Assembly: GCA_048937405.1 (NCBI GenBank)
Contig: JBHLNF010000008.1
Coordinates: forward strand, 64,001-128,000
Source of the DNA: Promethearchaeota archaeon
GTDB taxonomy: Archaea > Asgardarchaeota > Lokiarchaeia > Sigyniarchaeales > SOKP01
Reading direction: 5' to 3'
Length of the DNA: 64,000 bases
Below, one piece after another: positions 37,836 to 49,434 of this stretch. Numbering within the stretch: position 1 is the stretch's first letter; every line of letters starts with the position of its first letter. Under the pieces are notes generated by a model that was not told the DNA's origin, ran no database searches, and saw only the letters and a list, made by a program, of their open reading frames with translations. The position numbers and the translations under genes are program-made.

Positions 37836-38443
37836 TAATCAGTTATTTTAGATATCATTTGTAGGAATTTTTTTACAGTTGGATGAAAATTCCCTTTTTT
37901 TTTCGAATTATTCCAATCTTGTATTATTTTATGATTCTTTTTTAGTTCTTGTAATGTCTTTTGACCTAAATCAGTCCAAAAATCTTTCTCAATAATAGGA
38001 GCATCTTCCTCAATACCGGGACAATATTCTTTTCCTTTTTCTGTATAAAAAATGTCTATAATATCATTATTTTTATTATTCCCTTTGTCTAAAAAACCAA
38101 ATGAAAATGGAAATGTTTGACAAAATCTTGGTCGTAAACTATATATTAAGCACTTTTTCTTCTTTACATTATAAAAATAACAATGTCCTAAACTATTTTT
38201 CAATAAACCTATAAATGCTAGTCCCTTCTCTGTTTCTATTGGTGTAATTATCATTCGCCGTTGATCTTCAATGCTCAATGGTTTATCAAATTTGTAAAAC
38301 CCTAAAGCGTTAAGTAGTTCATTTAAATCTAATCCTAAACCATTTTTTATCCTTAATATATCTAAATATGTAAGATTCACAATTGTATTTTTGTCAGTGC
38401 AACAATTACCACATCTGATACAAGAAAATCTTAAAGATATCAT
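37832..38443 (-). CDS. YkgJ-family cysteine-cluster protein
   Basis: CIRCGNCC, CYFY, CLIYSLRPRFCQTFPF, CPGI. Confidence 0.88.
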   Translation of the reverse strand: MISLRFSCIRCGNCCTDKNTIVNLTYLDILRIKNGLGLDLNELLNALGFYKFDKPLSIEDQRRMIITPIETEKGLAFIGLLKNSLGHCYFYNVKKKKCLIYSLRPRFCQTFPFSFGFLDKGNNKNNDIIDIFYTEKGKEYCPGIEEDAPIIEKDFWTDLGQKTLQELKKNHKIIQDWNNSKKKGNFHPTVKKFLQMISKITDY

Positions 38444-38485
38444 AAAAGACTAGGATCAAAAAAAGTGATATTGTATCTGATTATT

Positions 38486-41400
38486 CTAATTATTTAAGGG
38501 TATAATTATTTTTTGTTTAATCAGAGATTCAATTGCTTCGATAACTAAATTCTTGTTTTCTTCATGAATCATTTCTATTATATTATTCAAGTTAGTGATT
38601 ATATTATCTTTTGACATAGACGGAATTACATTTATTAATCGCATTTCCATTTTTGTCAGATTTCTCTCTTTTTTTATCTTTATTAGGTTGATATCACCAG
38701 CTAGCTTAAATGAATCTTTATAATATAATTCAAAATACTCGATCAATATTTCAGGAACTAAGATTTCAAATTGATCTAATGAACCATCCCAATTTTCCAA
38801 CTGTGTTGAAAGTTTCAGGTTTAAAGCTAACATAAGATGAGAAACTATACTTTTCATTCGTTCAGATGATCTCTCTTCAAGAATAAATACAGCTCTAAGA
38901 TCTTCAATATCTGCAATAAGGCAATAGAATTGTTTAAAATCTAATTCAATCATTTTTTCGACGCCATATGTCTCTTTGGATTCAATGGATTGAGACTCAA
39001 CAGTTTCTTTTTGATAAAATTCTTCAGCAACCATGGTGATAGCTTGAATAAATCCTGAAAAAAGTTCTTTTTTATGCTTCTCTAAGATTGAATAGCTTTT
39101 TGAATAGATTGGTATCCCACTTAACCTATGTATTATAACAATTGCTTGAATATTTTTGAGATCTTTAAATTTTTGAGTTCTTGCTAATAAATCCGCTTCT
39201 TTTCGTCTTTTTCTTGGTAATAATATATAAGATCTCAAACTTAAAACTGCGAAAATAGATGCTATACCAATGGATATAAATAAAATTGCCCATAGTAAAA
39301 AATTTGGCTCTTCTGGGATTTCTTTAGGATTAATTATTTCAAATTGATAAATATGTATTTGTGGTTCATATCCAATTGATATAAATTCAAAAATTAATCG
39401 ATACATACCAGTTTTGTTAAAAAATTCAGTACTGAATTCAATAGAATAAATTCCATTAGATTCATCTTGTATTGAAAAGTAATTAGAATTACTAATATTT
39501 ACTAAGACTTGAGCTCCGGTTATACCCTCCTCATCAAATTCTGAATAATAATAAAATCGTATTGTGCTATTTTCATTGATTACAATTTTTGAGTCGGAAT
39601 CTAATCTCTGCAAATTTGTATTTTCTCCTAAATTAATTGTCAAAGTTAAATTACTATTAATAAAACCAAGTTTACTTGAATTAATGAATATATTATACAA
39701 TCCAAATCCACCTAAATCTGATGTATCTAAGATAGTTTCATAAATCCCTAATGCAGCCTCAACAAAATACTTTATACCTGTCGTCCAATTATAAGTAATT
39801 GATGCATTCGAAATGTATAAATCATTTTCTGCATCTTTTAAATAAATCCTTATTGGTATAATATCACCAGCAACACTTTCCGCGCTTAAATCCAGTTTAG
39901 CATCATCAGGTTTTAATAATAAAATTGAACTCTGATGTTTAACTATAAAATCAGATTTAAAACCTCCTAGTACTGTACCATTACTCCAAAATAAAGTATA
40001 TTCATAAATTCCCCCAATTGTGTTTAATGCTCCAAATGTAATCTCTGAAAAAGTAACATTACCATTGTTAGGTGGTAAACTCTCTTCGTAGAAAATAGTT
40101 CCATCAGGATGATAAATTGTAAGATTAATTTGAGAAGTATCTTTGGGAATCTTACCCATATTGCTTAATTGTGTTGTTATTTGAGTAGATTCTCCTGTAG
40201 TAAAATTTGCTCTCTCAACCCATTGACCTTGTTTAAAGAATTTAGTATTAGAATCATTTAAATAATTTGGCGATGTTGCTTTGAAATGCCACCAACCAGG
40301 ATATAAAGCAAAAGTTTTGTTAATTTTTAGATATTGTTCATCTGATTTTCCCAATTCGAATGGAATATTTTTTAGAGTTGGATCTTTTACATTTAAAAAA
40401 TTCCATTCTCTTGGTTTTTCAATTATAAAACTATTGTCAGTATAATCCGTTGGTGTATATAAATTATGAAGAAATTCCCAATAAATAGTACCATTATTTA
40501 GAATTTGGTAAGATATACCTTCTGAACCTTGTTGATTAATTTTTGATGATCCATTTCTATATCCATAAATAGTAGTATTCATATCAAATGTTAAGTGCGG
40601 AGATGAGCTGCTTAATGAGAGTATTACAGGATTAGAATCCCAAAGTCCTATAATAGATTTATTCGAATAGCCCCATTTATCTAGGTCGTTTAAATTGTCT
40701 CCGTTTATTCTTAGATCTATAAAATTCTGTGTTGAATTTGCTTTTGATGTTACAGTAAGAGAAATATTATCAAAATAAATTATATTCGTTAAACCTTCAT
40801 CATACATACCTGTATAAAGGTAACCCGCTCCAATCTTAAATCCTAAAGAAATATTAAATGTTTGTTGATATAAATTTTCATTAAATATTTGAGTTTTGTT
40901 ATCCCAAGCATCTATATGTAGTTTACCTGAACTTAGCCACTTTCTTTTACCTAGATCCGATATATCTAACATACCTTTAGAAAATATTTTTTGATCATTC
41001 AATTTTACATAAATATAATGATCATTTGTGGGGAGAGCATATTGACAATAATAATCAAAACTTAGATATGCATCAACAAAAGGTCCACTTGGAATCACAA
41101 ATTCTTGGTAAATCTCTGAAAATGCTCCTGTATCATAATCAAATTGGTCTGTATCAACATACTCTCCAAGTAGGGCAATATACATTGCATTAGAACCATT
41201 AACATCCGCAACACCGTTATAATTAAACCCATTTTCTACTTCTTGGTACTTAAATTTCCAATCATTTGAATTTATATCAATATTTGAAGTTGAATTCACA
41301 TACTCGTAATAATCTACATAATATCCAAAAAATTCGTTATTATTATTAGAATAATAATATAGTCTAAAAATTTCGCCTCGAAGCCAAGGGGAATAAAAAT

Positions 41401-42028
41401 CTGTATCTCCACTAGAATTAACATAATAAATATTGGTTCCATTTGTAATATAAAGGAAATCATAATATGGTTCAAAAAATACTTCAGTAAAATGAACTCG
41501 GATATAAGTAGCACCACTTACTATTATTTCATGATCAGGATTACCCCAAATTATGTTATTGTTCTGTTGATAAGGATGAGTCGTATTCCATTCACCATAA
41601 ACACGATATATGGTAGGGGAAAGGAATCCAGAATTATTTATCCAATTTCTCTTATCCTGTATATTCTTTATAGTATTTTCAATTTTTGACGCTTTCCAGT
41701 CATGAACATCATCTAAATAATAAGACAAATTTAATTTTTCTTGATTAAGTATAGAGGTGTATTGATTTTTTTCATAAAGAACCCCATAGTCGGTAATATT
41801 TAACACTGGCTCTATTCCTTCGAATATAACCGAATTACTATTAGCAGATTCTGGGTTATAACTAATTTCCTCGAGATACTCATTAGTATTATTAACATTA
41901 GAATTAACATGTAAAATATGGTTGAAAAATGTTGAATTAAATAAGATAGTTGAAAAGAGAATAAATGAGATTAAAACTATTTTCTGTTTCCTTTTTTTAT
42001 AAATTAATGTTTTTATAAATTTTTGCAT
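38486..42028 (-). CDS. Large single-pass membrane protein: beta-rich ectodomain with a CUB-like module, TM helix and cytoplasmic longin-like domain
   Basis: N-terminal hydrophobic segment; IRVHFTEVFFEPYYDFLYI (CUB-like); TM LLWAILFISIGIASIFAVLSL then RKRRK; IQAIVIIHRLSGIPIYS...LFSGFIQAI (longin). Confidence 0.75.
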   Translation of the reverse strand: MQKFIKTLIYKKRKQKIVLISFILFSTILFNSTFFNHILHVNSNVNNTNEYLEEISYNPESANSNSVIFEGIEPVLNITDYGVLYEKNQYTSILNQEKLNLSYYLDDVHDWKASKIENTIKNIQDKRNWINNSGFLSPTIYRVYGEWNTTHPYQQNNNIIWGNPDHEIIVSGATYIRVHFTEVFFEPYYDFLYITNGTNIYYVNSSGDTDFYSPWLRGEIFRLYYYSNNNNEFFGYYVDYYEYVNSTSNIDINSNDWKFKYQEVENGFNYNGVADVNGSNAMYIALLGEYVDTDQFDYDTGAFSEIYQEFVIPSGPFVDAYLSFDYYCQYALPTNDHYIYVKLNDQKIFSKGMLDISDLGKRKWLSSGKLHIDAWDNKTQIFNENLYQQTFNISLGFKIGAGYLYTGMYDEGLTNIIYFDNISLTVTSKANSTQNFIDLRINGDNLNDLDKWGYSNKSIIGLWDSNPVILSLSSSSPHLTFDMNTTIYGYRNGSSKINQQGSEGISYQILNNGTIYWEFLHNLYTPTDYTDNSFIIEKPREWNFLNVKDPTLKNIPFELGKSDEQYLKINKTFALYPGWWHFKATSPNYLNDSNTKFFKQGQWVERANFTTGESTQITTQLSNMGKIPKDTSQINLTIYHPDGTIFYEESLPPNNGNVTFSEITFGALNTIGGIYEYTLFWSNGTVLGGFKSDFIVKHQSSILLLKPDDAKLDLSAESVAGDIIPIRIYLKDAENDLYISNASITYNWTTGIKYFVEAALGIYETILDTSDLGGFGLYNIFINSSKLGFINSNLTLTINLGENTNLQRLDSDSKIVINENSTIRFYYYSEFDEEGITGAQVLVNISNSNYFSIQDESNGIYSIEFSTEFFNKTGMYRLIFEFISIGYEPQIHIYQFEIINPKEIPEEPNFLLWAILFISIGIASIFAVLSLRSYILLPRKRRKEADLLARTQKFKDLKNIQAIVIIHRLSGIPIYSKSYSILEKHKKELFSGFIQAITMVAEEFYQKETVESQSIESKETYGVEKMIELDFKQFYCLIADIEDLRAVFILEERSSERMKSIVSHLMLALNLKLSTQLENWDGSLDQFEILVPEILIEYFELYYKDSFKLAGDINLIKIKKERNLTKMEMRLINVIPSMSKDNIITNLNNIIEMIHEENKNLVIEAIESLIKQKIIIPLNN

Positions 42029-42272
42029 AATAAAACCCTAATTATAAGAAAAACTTAGATAACTTTATGTAACAAAAATGAAGTTCTATAAATTTAAATA
42101 ATTGTGATGTAAAAATCTTGAAAAAATTACTTTTAAAGACTTGTTAAAAATTTTGATTTTTTATATTTTTAAGAAAAAGCTAAATTTCAATAAATTGAGA
42201 TTGTTAACTCTTTAAATCTCATATTCAATTAATTTTAGAAAAATAATTCCTAAATTGATAGTATTAAATAAT

Positions 42273-42587
42273 TCAATTAGGTAAGAACTCGTCTTTAAGT
42301 TCTGAAATTAAAAATTTTTTATCTTTCTTTGAAATATTATTGATATGATGCCCACGATTAGAATATAAATCAGTGGGCCTTTTCTCGAATAATGAAAGGA
42401 GTAAGATTATAGCATTTGCAACGAAATCCTTATTTCGAGTTTGTTTAAGTAATTTCATAAGTTCTATAATTGAATTACTTATCCAAATTTCTCTAGCTAC
42501 TGGATTAATATTTTTTTCTTGAAAATGGTCTACAATTTTCAAATAAAACTCCATTTCAAATTCATTGCTTATGTTACTAATTTTCAT
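42273..42587 (-). CDS. Hypothetical protein
   Basis: 104-aa helical ORF; no motif recognised. Confidence 0.55.
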   Translation of the reverse strand: MKISNISNEFEMEFYLKIVDHFQEKNINPVAREIWISNSIIELMKLLKQTRNKDFVANAIILLLSLFEKRPTDLYSNRGHHINNISKKDKKFLISELKDEFLPN

Positions 42588-43138
42588 CTTTTTTTGCTAA
42601 TTGGTAATTTCCAATTATTTGAAGATAAAACTTATTTTTAAGTTCATATGTTTTCTTCAATTTATGTGATATTATTCCGCACAAATTAATTATGCATTAT
42701 ATTTATTCAAACCAATATTGCCTATATTTCAAAATTTTGTTTAATAATTTTTTCATTTACAAAATTTTATAATATCTTTATAATGAACCTATGATCTATT
42801 TTATTTGGTAATATAATATATGGATATCATCATAACTTTCAAAGAATAAATCATAGAAAAAAATTCATATATATTTTTTTGAATATTTATCTATAAGAAA
42901 ATTAGAGACAGTTAATTTCAGTAGAAATATAATTTAATGGTGTTATTTTTTATTCATTTAAAAGGGGGTTGTTTGATTAATTTTAAGAAAATTAAATCTG
43001 TTATATTCCTATTATAAATTACGATATAAATGATTTCTCCTTAGCTCTTATAAACATTCATTTAATCCAAGATAATTTTCTTTTAACAAATAATAAAAAT
43101 GCTTAATATTATTGAAAAAAAAAGATTTATTATCTAAT

Positions 43139-43426
43139 TTATACTATTGGAGCTTTTATATCTTTTTTGTATACCTTTTTTTCATAAATTTTTTCTTGAT
43201 ACCATAAGTAAATACCTAAACAGATCAAAAAGATTGAAAAACATAAATAGAAAATCCAGAAGACAAATCCAGCTATAAAAAATGCTGGTCTCCGTATTTC
43301 AGATTCTGACATATTAAATATTATCCCAACAAGTGCTAAAATTGATGATATTAGTCCACATATCAATTCAAAATAGATAGCTTGTCGTTCTTTTTTAATT
43401 CGTTTTTGATAAGGCGCTAATACCAT
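43139..43426 (-). CDS. Small two-TM membrane protein
   Basis: Two hydrophobic segments with basic termini. Confidence 0.6.
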   Translation of the reverse strand: MVLAPYQKRIKKERQAIYFELICGLISSILALVGIIFNMSESEIRRPAFFIAGFVFWIFYLCFSIFLICLGIYLWYQEKIYEKKVYKKDIKAPIV

Positions 43427-43473
43427 ATAATTCCTCTATTAAGAAAATATTATTAATCTTAGGATTTAAAAAT

Positions 43474-44664
43474 TCATTTTAAGAATTCTTCAAATTTATT
43501 ATATACTGTTTCTAAGATGTTTTTGTTTGGTAAAAAAGTAAGTCTTATATGATCTTTACCAAAATCTCCAAATCCTGAACCATAAACTCCACAAATTCCT
43601 GTTTCTTCAAGTAGATCAATCGTAAATTCTTTATCATCTTTCCATTTTCTAAATTCACTGAAATCAATCTTTGGAAATAGATAAAACGCTCCATTTGGTT
43701 TAATACATGAAATACCTTCAATTTTCCTTAATCTATTATAAGAATAATCTCTTCTTTCTTTTAATTTACTGACCATCTCTTTAGTATGCGTTCCCGGATT
43801 TTTCATTATTTCAATAGCTGCGTATTGGGCGACAGAACTAGCTGATAACCGAGCACGAGCAAGTTTTGAGATACAAGTTTTGACATCTTCCAATTTATTT
43901 TCAGGATCGTGATAATACAGATATCCTAAACGCCAACCTGTAGCGAGATGTGCTTTTGAAAAACCATTTAATCCAATTATAGGAACATCCTTGGAAAGGG
44001 TTGCTGTAGAAATAAAAGGTTTATCATATATAATTTGTTCGTAGATTTCATCAGATATTATTGGTATATTATATTCTCCAGCCAAACTAATAATTTCTTT
44101 AATTTTATGTTCACTATACATACTACCTGTAGGGTTATTTGGTGAGCTTATTAAAATTGCTTTTGTTTTTTCGTTAATCTTGCTTCTTAAATCCTCAATA
44201 TTGGGCTCCCAATCATTTGATTCATCTAATTCGTATTCTACAGGAACCCCATCAAAAAATCTAGCATAATTAATATAAAGCGGATAGCTGGGACCTGGTA
44301 TTAATATTTCATTCCTATTTTCCAATAAGGTAGCTAAAATAAAGAAAATTGCTTCTGTAACACCTGTAGTTACCAAAATATCTTCAGAAGGAATATCAAT
44401 ATTATATTTAGTTTTTAAAGATTTGCTTAATAGATCTCTAAGTTCCATGGCTCCTAATGAATCCGCATAATAGTTTTTTCCATTAAAAGAAGCATCGGCT
44501 AATGCTTGTGAGATATATTTTGGCATATTAAAATCATATATGACAGGATCTCCAATATTTAAATGATATATTTTTTTTCCACTCTCTGCAACTCTATTCG
44601 CTACTGCAGCTATTTCACGAATAGCATATGAAATTTCCTTTACTCTTTTAGAAACCATGATCAT
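43474..44664 (-). CDS. PLP-dependent class I/II aminotransferase (alanine aminotransferase-like)
   Basis: LNIGDP, PNNPTG, SDEIY, GFSKAHLATGWRLG. Confidence 0.92.
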   Translation of the reverse strand: MIMVSKRVKEISYAIREIAAVANRVAESGKKIYHLNIGDPVIYDFNMPKYISQALADASFNGKNYYADSLGAMELRDLLSKSLKTKYNIDIPSEDILVTTGVTEAIFFILATLLENRNEILIPGPSYPLYINYARFFDGVPVEYELDESNDWEPNIEDLRSKINEKTKAILISSPNNPTGSMYSEHKIKEIISLAGEYNIPIISDEIYEQIIYDKPFISTATLSKDVPIIGLNGFSKAHLATGWRLGYLYYHDPENKLEDVKTCISKLARARLSASSVAQYAAIEIMKNPGTHTKEMVSKLKERRDYSYNRLRKIEGISCIKPNGAFYLFPKIDFSEFRKWKDDKEFTIDLLEETGICGVYGSGFGDFGKDHIRLTFLPNKNILETVYNKFEEFLK

Positions 44665-44915
44665 TTCTGATAATTATAATCAGCATTAATAGAATAAATT
44701 AATTATTTTAAATCATGGTTTAATTCTATTTAAAATTACTATTTAAATAGTTAGTATGCAAAATAATAATCTTGAATATCAAATGAATAAATTCCTCAGA
44801 ATAAATATCTAAAAACAACATCTAACGATAATTTTTTTAGCAAAACAAAATAAAGATTTATATTGAATAACCATAAAAATAAGATATATCTTTTAAAAAT
44901 AATATTAAAATAAAA

Positions 44916-45197
44916 GTGCAAAAAATGGGTAACGGTTTCGGTGTATTAAGTTTTTTACTTGGTATAATTGGAATAGGAGCATTATTCCTAAAATTTGTTT
45001 TAAACTTACATGGTCATATAGCATTAATATTCGCCGTTCTTGCAATTATTTTTGGTATAATCGGAGTTGCAGTAGATGATTCAAAAGCCCTTGGAGTTAT
45101 AGGATTGATCATAGGGATTGTCGTGGTGATTATTTTGATTGCAGGGATCCCCTTGTTACGTGTTATCAGAAATTTTATACAAGATATAAAGCCTTAA
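44916..45197 (+). CDS. Small three-TM membrane protein
   Basis: Gly-rich hydrophobic helices. Confidence 0.65.
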   Translation: MQKMGNGFGVLSFLLGIIGIGALFLKFVLNLHGHIALIFAVLAIIFGIIGVAVDDSKALGVIGLIIGIVVVIILIAGIPLLRVIRNFIQDIKP

Positions 45198-45327
45198 AAA
45201 AAATTTACTTATATTTTTAAATTCAAATTTTTTTTATTTTAAAATATCATCATAAACATTGTCTAAAATATTGAAAACTATTAATTAATTTCAATAAAAT
45301 TGATAACTTGGTTAATAGAAAAAAATA

Positions 45328-46389
45328 TTACAATAATGAATCCCAATCAATTGCTTTTTCAATCAATTGTAGAACTTTTTCCATTTCATCTTTTTGAATA
45401 CCAGGTTTCAATCTTTCTAAATTCCTCATAGTAGTATAAGTATCAGAGGGACTTAAAATTATAGGAATTCTTTTTTCATTAGCAGCGGTAATTACTCCTA
45501 TATCCGGCTGTATAAAACCTGTTAGAATTAAAACAGAAACATTTTGAGCCAAAGCAGCCATAGCTAAATCAGTTCTGTCGCCTCCTGTAATGAATGCAAC
45601 TCTTTTAATCTGTCTTAGATATTTTAAAGCTGATTGTGCATTCATGGCGCCTATAAGATATGTTTCTACAAGATTAGCTAATCCTGATGAAGATTGTTCA
45701 TTTATTAATTCTCCTCCGATTTGTTCTTTTATTTCATCTACTCTAGGAGAAAATAATTCTAGACTTTTTTCTATAATTCCTAGGACAGGAATATTATATT
45801 TGTTAATGTGATCTTCAGTTAATTCCTTAATTCGTGCTATATAGTCGAAATTTATTTTATTAAATAAAATTCCTTTAATACTGATGTTGCGAAAATCATA
45901 ATAATTCTTTGTAAAAAAAAAATTGTCTATACATCGATCAGAGGATTCTGTTGAAACATAGATCAATTCATTAATTCCAAGAGTTTGTGCGATACTGACA
46001 TCATCCAGTCCTATTCTAATAAACTTTCTGATGCTAGGATTGCCCTCGATAATAATATAATCTGCATCTTTGGAGATTCTTTCATATGCTTTTTTGATCT
46101 TTTCCAGAAATTCTTCTTTTTTGTCAGCATCAACTAAATCTATATAATATGCATCAGGAATAGATACAGGAGATATAAAATCATATGGATAATCTGTTTT
46201 ATAAATCGTATTCAAGATAAAACCAACATCTGGATCAGCTTTATTTGAAAAGGCGCTTTTAGGAATCCCAATCGGTTTAAAATAGGCAAATTTTTTTCCT
46301 TCTTTTTTTAATTTTTGAATAAATCCTATAGAAAGAAAGCTTTTACCTGCATTTTCTTGTAATGAACTAAAATAAAAAATTTTAACCAT
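45328..46389 (-). CDS. Phosphotransacetylase N-terminal-like protein (BioD-like P-loop + DRTGG domain)
   Basis: NAGKS, YFKPIG, IIEG, ITGGDRTD; adjacent to the acetate-CoA ligase. Confidence 0.85.
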   Translation of the reverse strand: MVKIFYFSSLQENAGKSFLSIGFIQKLKKEGKKFAYFKPIGIPKSAFSNKADPDVGFILNTIYKTDYPYDFISPVSIPDAYYIDLVDADKKEEFLEKIKKAYERISKDADYIIIEGNPSIRKFIRIGLDDVSIAQTLGINELIYVSTESSDRCIDNFFFTKNYYDFRNISIKGILFNKINFDYIARIKELTEDHINKYNIPVLGIIEKSLELFSPRVDEIKEQIGGELINEQSSSGLANLVETYLIGAMNAQSALKYLRQIKRVAFITGGDRTDLAMAALAQNVSVLILTGFIQPDIGVITAANEKRIPIILSPSDTYTTMRNLERLKPGIQKDEMEKVLQLIEKAIDWDSLL

Positions 46390-46450
46390 TTTCTTCCCTT
46401 TTTTTATTCTTTTGTTATTATTTTAATTTAAATTTATAATTATTTGCTTT

Positions 46451-48676
46451 TTACTTTTTTATTGTAATTTTTATATCTACAGCACTATATCCTTTCACAA
46501 ATGATAAAAGAGGATTAATATCTAATTCAACTATTTCTGGAAAGTCTGTTATAAGTTGTGAAAGTCTAAGCATTACTTCTATGATTGACTCAATGTCAGA
46601 TGGAGGTTCACCTCTTACGCCTTGTAAAAGACTATAGATTTTTGTATTTTCAATTTGCTGTTTAACATCTTCTCTTGTATATTTATACCCTAATGAAAAT
46701 GATACATCTTTCATAAAATTGGCATAAATTCCTCCCGTTCCGAACATCAATATATTTCCAAAACAAGGGTCTTGTGACATTCCGATTATTAACTCGTTAG
46801 TTTTCTCCTGTGATTTAAAATCAATCATCTCTTGTATTTCGACTCCATAAATCTTTGTATTCTGGGGACCAAATTTTTTAGCATTATTTATGATCTGTAT
46901 AAATGCTTCGAATGCATCTTGTTCTGATTGAATATTTAATAATATACCCCCTACATCTGTTTTATGAATTATTTGTGGACTTACTATTTTCATGACCGTC
47001 TTTCCAATTTCAGACTGTAATTTCATCGCTTGTCGAGGTGTTTGGGCCAGTCGTGATTTAGGGGATTTTATACCATAACAATCAAAAATCTCGCTAGTCT
47101 CATAACTTAATAAGACCATTCTGTTATCATCCCTTACCTTTTTAAGTATCTGTTTTACCCTAGATTTTTTTACTTTAAAAGAGGGAATCTCCAACATGTC
47201 TAATGGCGTACTATTCAAGTATTTACGTTGTTCAATTAATGTTTTTAAAGAATGAGCTGCTCGATCGGGGAAATGATAACATGGTATATGATTTTTTTTT
47301 AAATAATCTCGACCTTCTGAAATATTCTTTCCTCCTATGAAAGAACAAACAATAGGTTTATCATGTAAATAATGAGAAGAAATCTCATGAATAAGCTTAG
47401 CAACTTCAGTAGGATTTGTTTGAGCTTGAGGTGTTACTATTATTAAAGCCCCTTGGGTTGATATATCACCTAAATCTTTATTACTATTAATTCCAAATAC
47501 CGTTTTTATTGTAAATTCGTAACGATCTGGAGCAGCATCTCCAACAATATCAATTGGATTAAAAATTGCTGCCTCAACTGGCAATTTTTCTCTTAATGAG
47601 TGCAAAATTTGTTCTGAAAAATTTGAAAACTTCAAATTTTCTCGCTCAAATGCATCTGTAGCAACAATTCCAGGACCACCTGCATTTGTTATTATTGCAA
47701 AAGAATTTTTTTGAGGAATTGGTTGGTAAAGAAAAATTTCTCCATAATCAAATAGATCTTCTATTGTATTCGCTCTGATTACTCCACATTTTTTAAAAGC
47801 TAAATCATAAGCGATATCTGCTCCCGCTAATGCCCCAGTATGGCTAGAAGCCGCTCTAGCTCCAGCTTCACTTATTCCTGATTTTAAAATTACAATTGGC
47901 TTTTTTCTTGTTGCACTAGGCAAAATTTCTAAAAATCTATCTCCGTCTTTAATACTTTCTAAATAACATAAAATAACTTTTGTATTATCATCATTAGCGA
48001 GATACTCTATAAAGTCTACAGCACCTAGATCTGCTTTATTCCCTAAACTTATATTACATGAGAATCCAAATGTCTGTGTCATTGAATAATCCATCATTCC
48101 TGTAAGCATAGCCCCAGATTGCGAGATCATTGCTATCTCTCCCTTTTTAGGACTTTCTGCTGCAAATGAACCATTATAATTAAGACCAATAAATCCTAAA
48201 CAATTTGGACCTAATAGTCTCATATTATACTTTTTACCGATTTTAATGAGTTCTTCTTCTCGTTTAACTCCTTCGCCGCCAATTTCTTTAAATCCTGCTG
48301 AAATAATAATTAATCCTTTTACGCCCTTTTTACCGCACTCCTCTGCAGCTGAATTTACAAATTTTCCAGGTATAACAAAAATAGAAATATCAATATCTTC
48401 AGGAACATCTAATACACTTTTAAAGCAAGGAAGTTCACAAATTTCTTCCGCTCTAGGATTTATTGGGAATATTCTTCCTTTAAATCCAGAATTTATAATA
48501 TTTAATAAAACAGTATTTCCAACTTTTCCTTTAGTGGCACTTGCGCCAATTACAGCAATACTTTTTGGATTGAAGAAAAAAGAGATATCATTATTTACCA
48601 TTTTTGCATCTGATTTAAAATATATTCTAAAGTTTGTATAAAATTCTAATATTGTAATTATTTTTAAATTTTTCAT
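46451..48676 (-). CDS. acdAB: ADP-forming acetate/acyl-CoA ligase, fused alpha-beta subunits
   Basis: AVIGAS, GPNCLG, SQSGA, phospho-His motif SSHTGAL, NAGGPG, HKTDVGG, ELDINPL. Likely start is MVNND near 48601. Confidence 0.92.
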   Translation of the reverse strand: MKNLKIITILEFYTNFRIYFKSDAKMVNNDISFFFNPKSIAVIGASATKGKVGNTVLLNIINSGFKGRIFPINPRAEEICELPCFKSVLDVPEDIDISIFVIPGKFVNSAAEECGKKGVKGLIIISAGFKEIGGEGVKREEELIKIGKKYNMRLLGPNCLGFIGLNYNGSFAAESPKKGEIAMISQSGAMLTGMMDYSMTQTFGFSCNISLGNKADLGAVDFIEYLANDDNTKVILCYLESIKDGDRFLEILPSATRKKPIVILKSGISEAGARAASSHTGALAGADIAYDLAFKKCGVIRANTIEDLFDYGEIFLYQPIPQKNSFAIITNAGGPGIVATDAFERENLKFSNFSEQILHSLREKLPVEAAIFNPIDIVGDAAPDRYEFTIKTVFGINSNKDLGDISTQGALIIVTPQAQTNPTEVAKLIHEISSHYLHDKPIVCSFIGGKNISEGRDYLKKNHIPCYHFPDRAAHSLKTLIEQRKYLNSTPLDMLEIPSFKVKKSRVKQILKKVRDDNRMVLLSYETSEIFDCYGIKSPKSRLAQTPRQAMKLQSEIGKTVMKIVSPQIIHKTDVGGILLNIQSEQDAFEAFIQIINNAKKFGPQNTKIYGVEIQEMIDFKSQEKTNELIIGMSQDPCFGNILMFGTGGIYANFMKDVSFSLGYKYTREDVKQQIENTKIYSLLQGVRGEPPSDIESIIEVMLRLSQLITDFPEIVELDINPLLSFVKGYSAVDIKITIKK

Positions 48677-48752
48677 TGATTAAAAATACAACCATACAAG
48701 AAAAAGTTCAAAATATAATCATTAAAAAGAGATCGATAATTCTTATTCTATA

Positions 48753-49229
48753 ATGACAGATATAGTTATGGTTACATCTAAAGGAAATATAAATTTAAGA
48801 TTATTTGATGAGGATGCTCCCATGACAGTGGCTTCTTTTATCCATTTAATTAATCAAAATTTCTATAATGGGATTATTTTTCATCGTGTGATTGCTGATT
48901 TTATGATACAGGTAGGCTGTCCTTTAGGACGGGGTACAGGTGGACCAAAAGATAAAGGAATTAATTCTTTTCCTTATCAAGGGCAACAAATCCGTTATCC
49001 TTTTGCAGATGAATTTCAAAGTGGTAGGGTTTTTGATAAACCAGGGATTTTAGCCATGGCGAATGCGGGATCGAATACAAATGGATCTCAAATCTTTATC
49101 ACTCATGTACCAACACCATGGTTAAATAATAAACATACAATTTTTGGAGAAGTAATAAGTCCAAAAGATCAATCTATAGTAGATTCCATTGTACAAGGAG
49201 ATAAAATCCTTGAAATCAAAATAAATTAG
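48753..49229 (+). CDS. Cyclophilin-type peptidyl-prolyl isomerase
   Basis: FYNGIIFHRVI, GTGGP, AMANAG, TNGSQIFIT, WLNNKHTIFG. Confidence 0.95.
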   Translation: MTDIVMVTSKGNINLRLFDEDAPMTVASFIHLINQNFYNGIIFHRVIADFMIQVGCPLGRGTGGPKDKGINSFPYQGQQIRYPFADEFQSGRVFDKPGILAMANAGSNTNGSQIFITHVPTPWLNNKHTIFGEVISPKDQSIVDSIVQGDKILEIKIN

Positions 49230-49434
49230 AATTTTTAATTAATATTTTATTCTAGCTAATTTATTTTTTGTTTTAATCAAATATGTTTCAGTTTAAATTC
49301 AAAGAATGCTTTAAATGAATTTTAATCTTTATGAACTTTACTGAGAATACTAAAAATTTATAGATATAAACACTATTAATAATTTAGAGTCATTAATAAT
49401 TTCTTAAAAAATCATACGATTATATTTATTTAAC

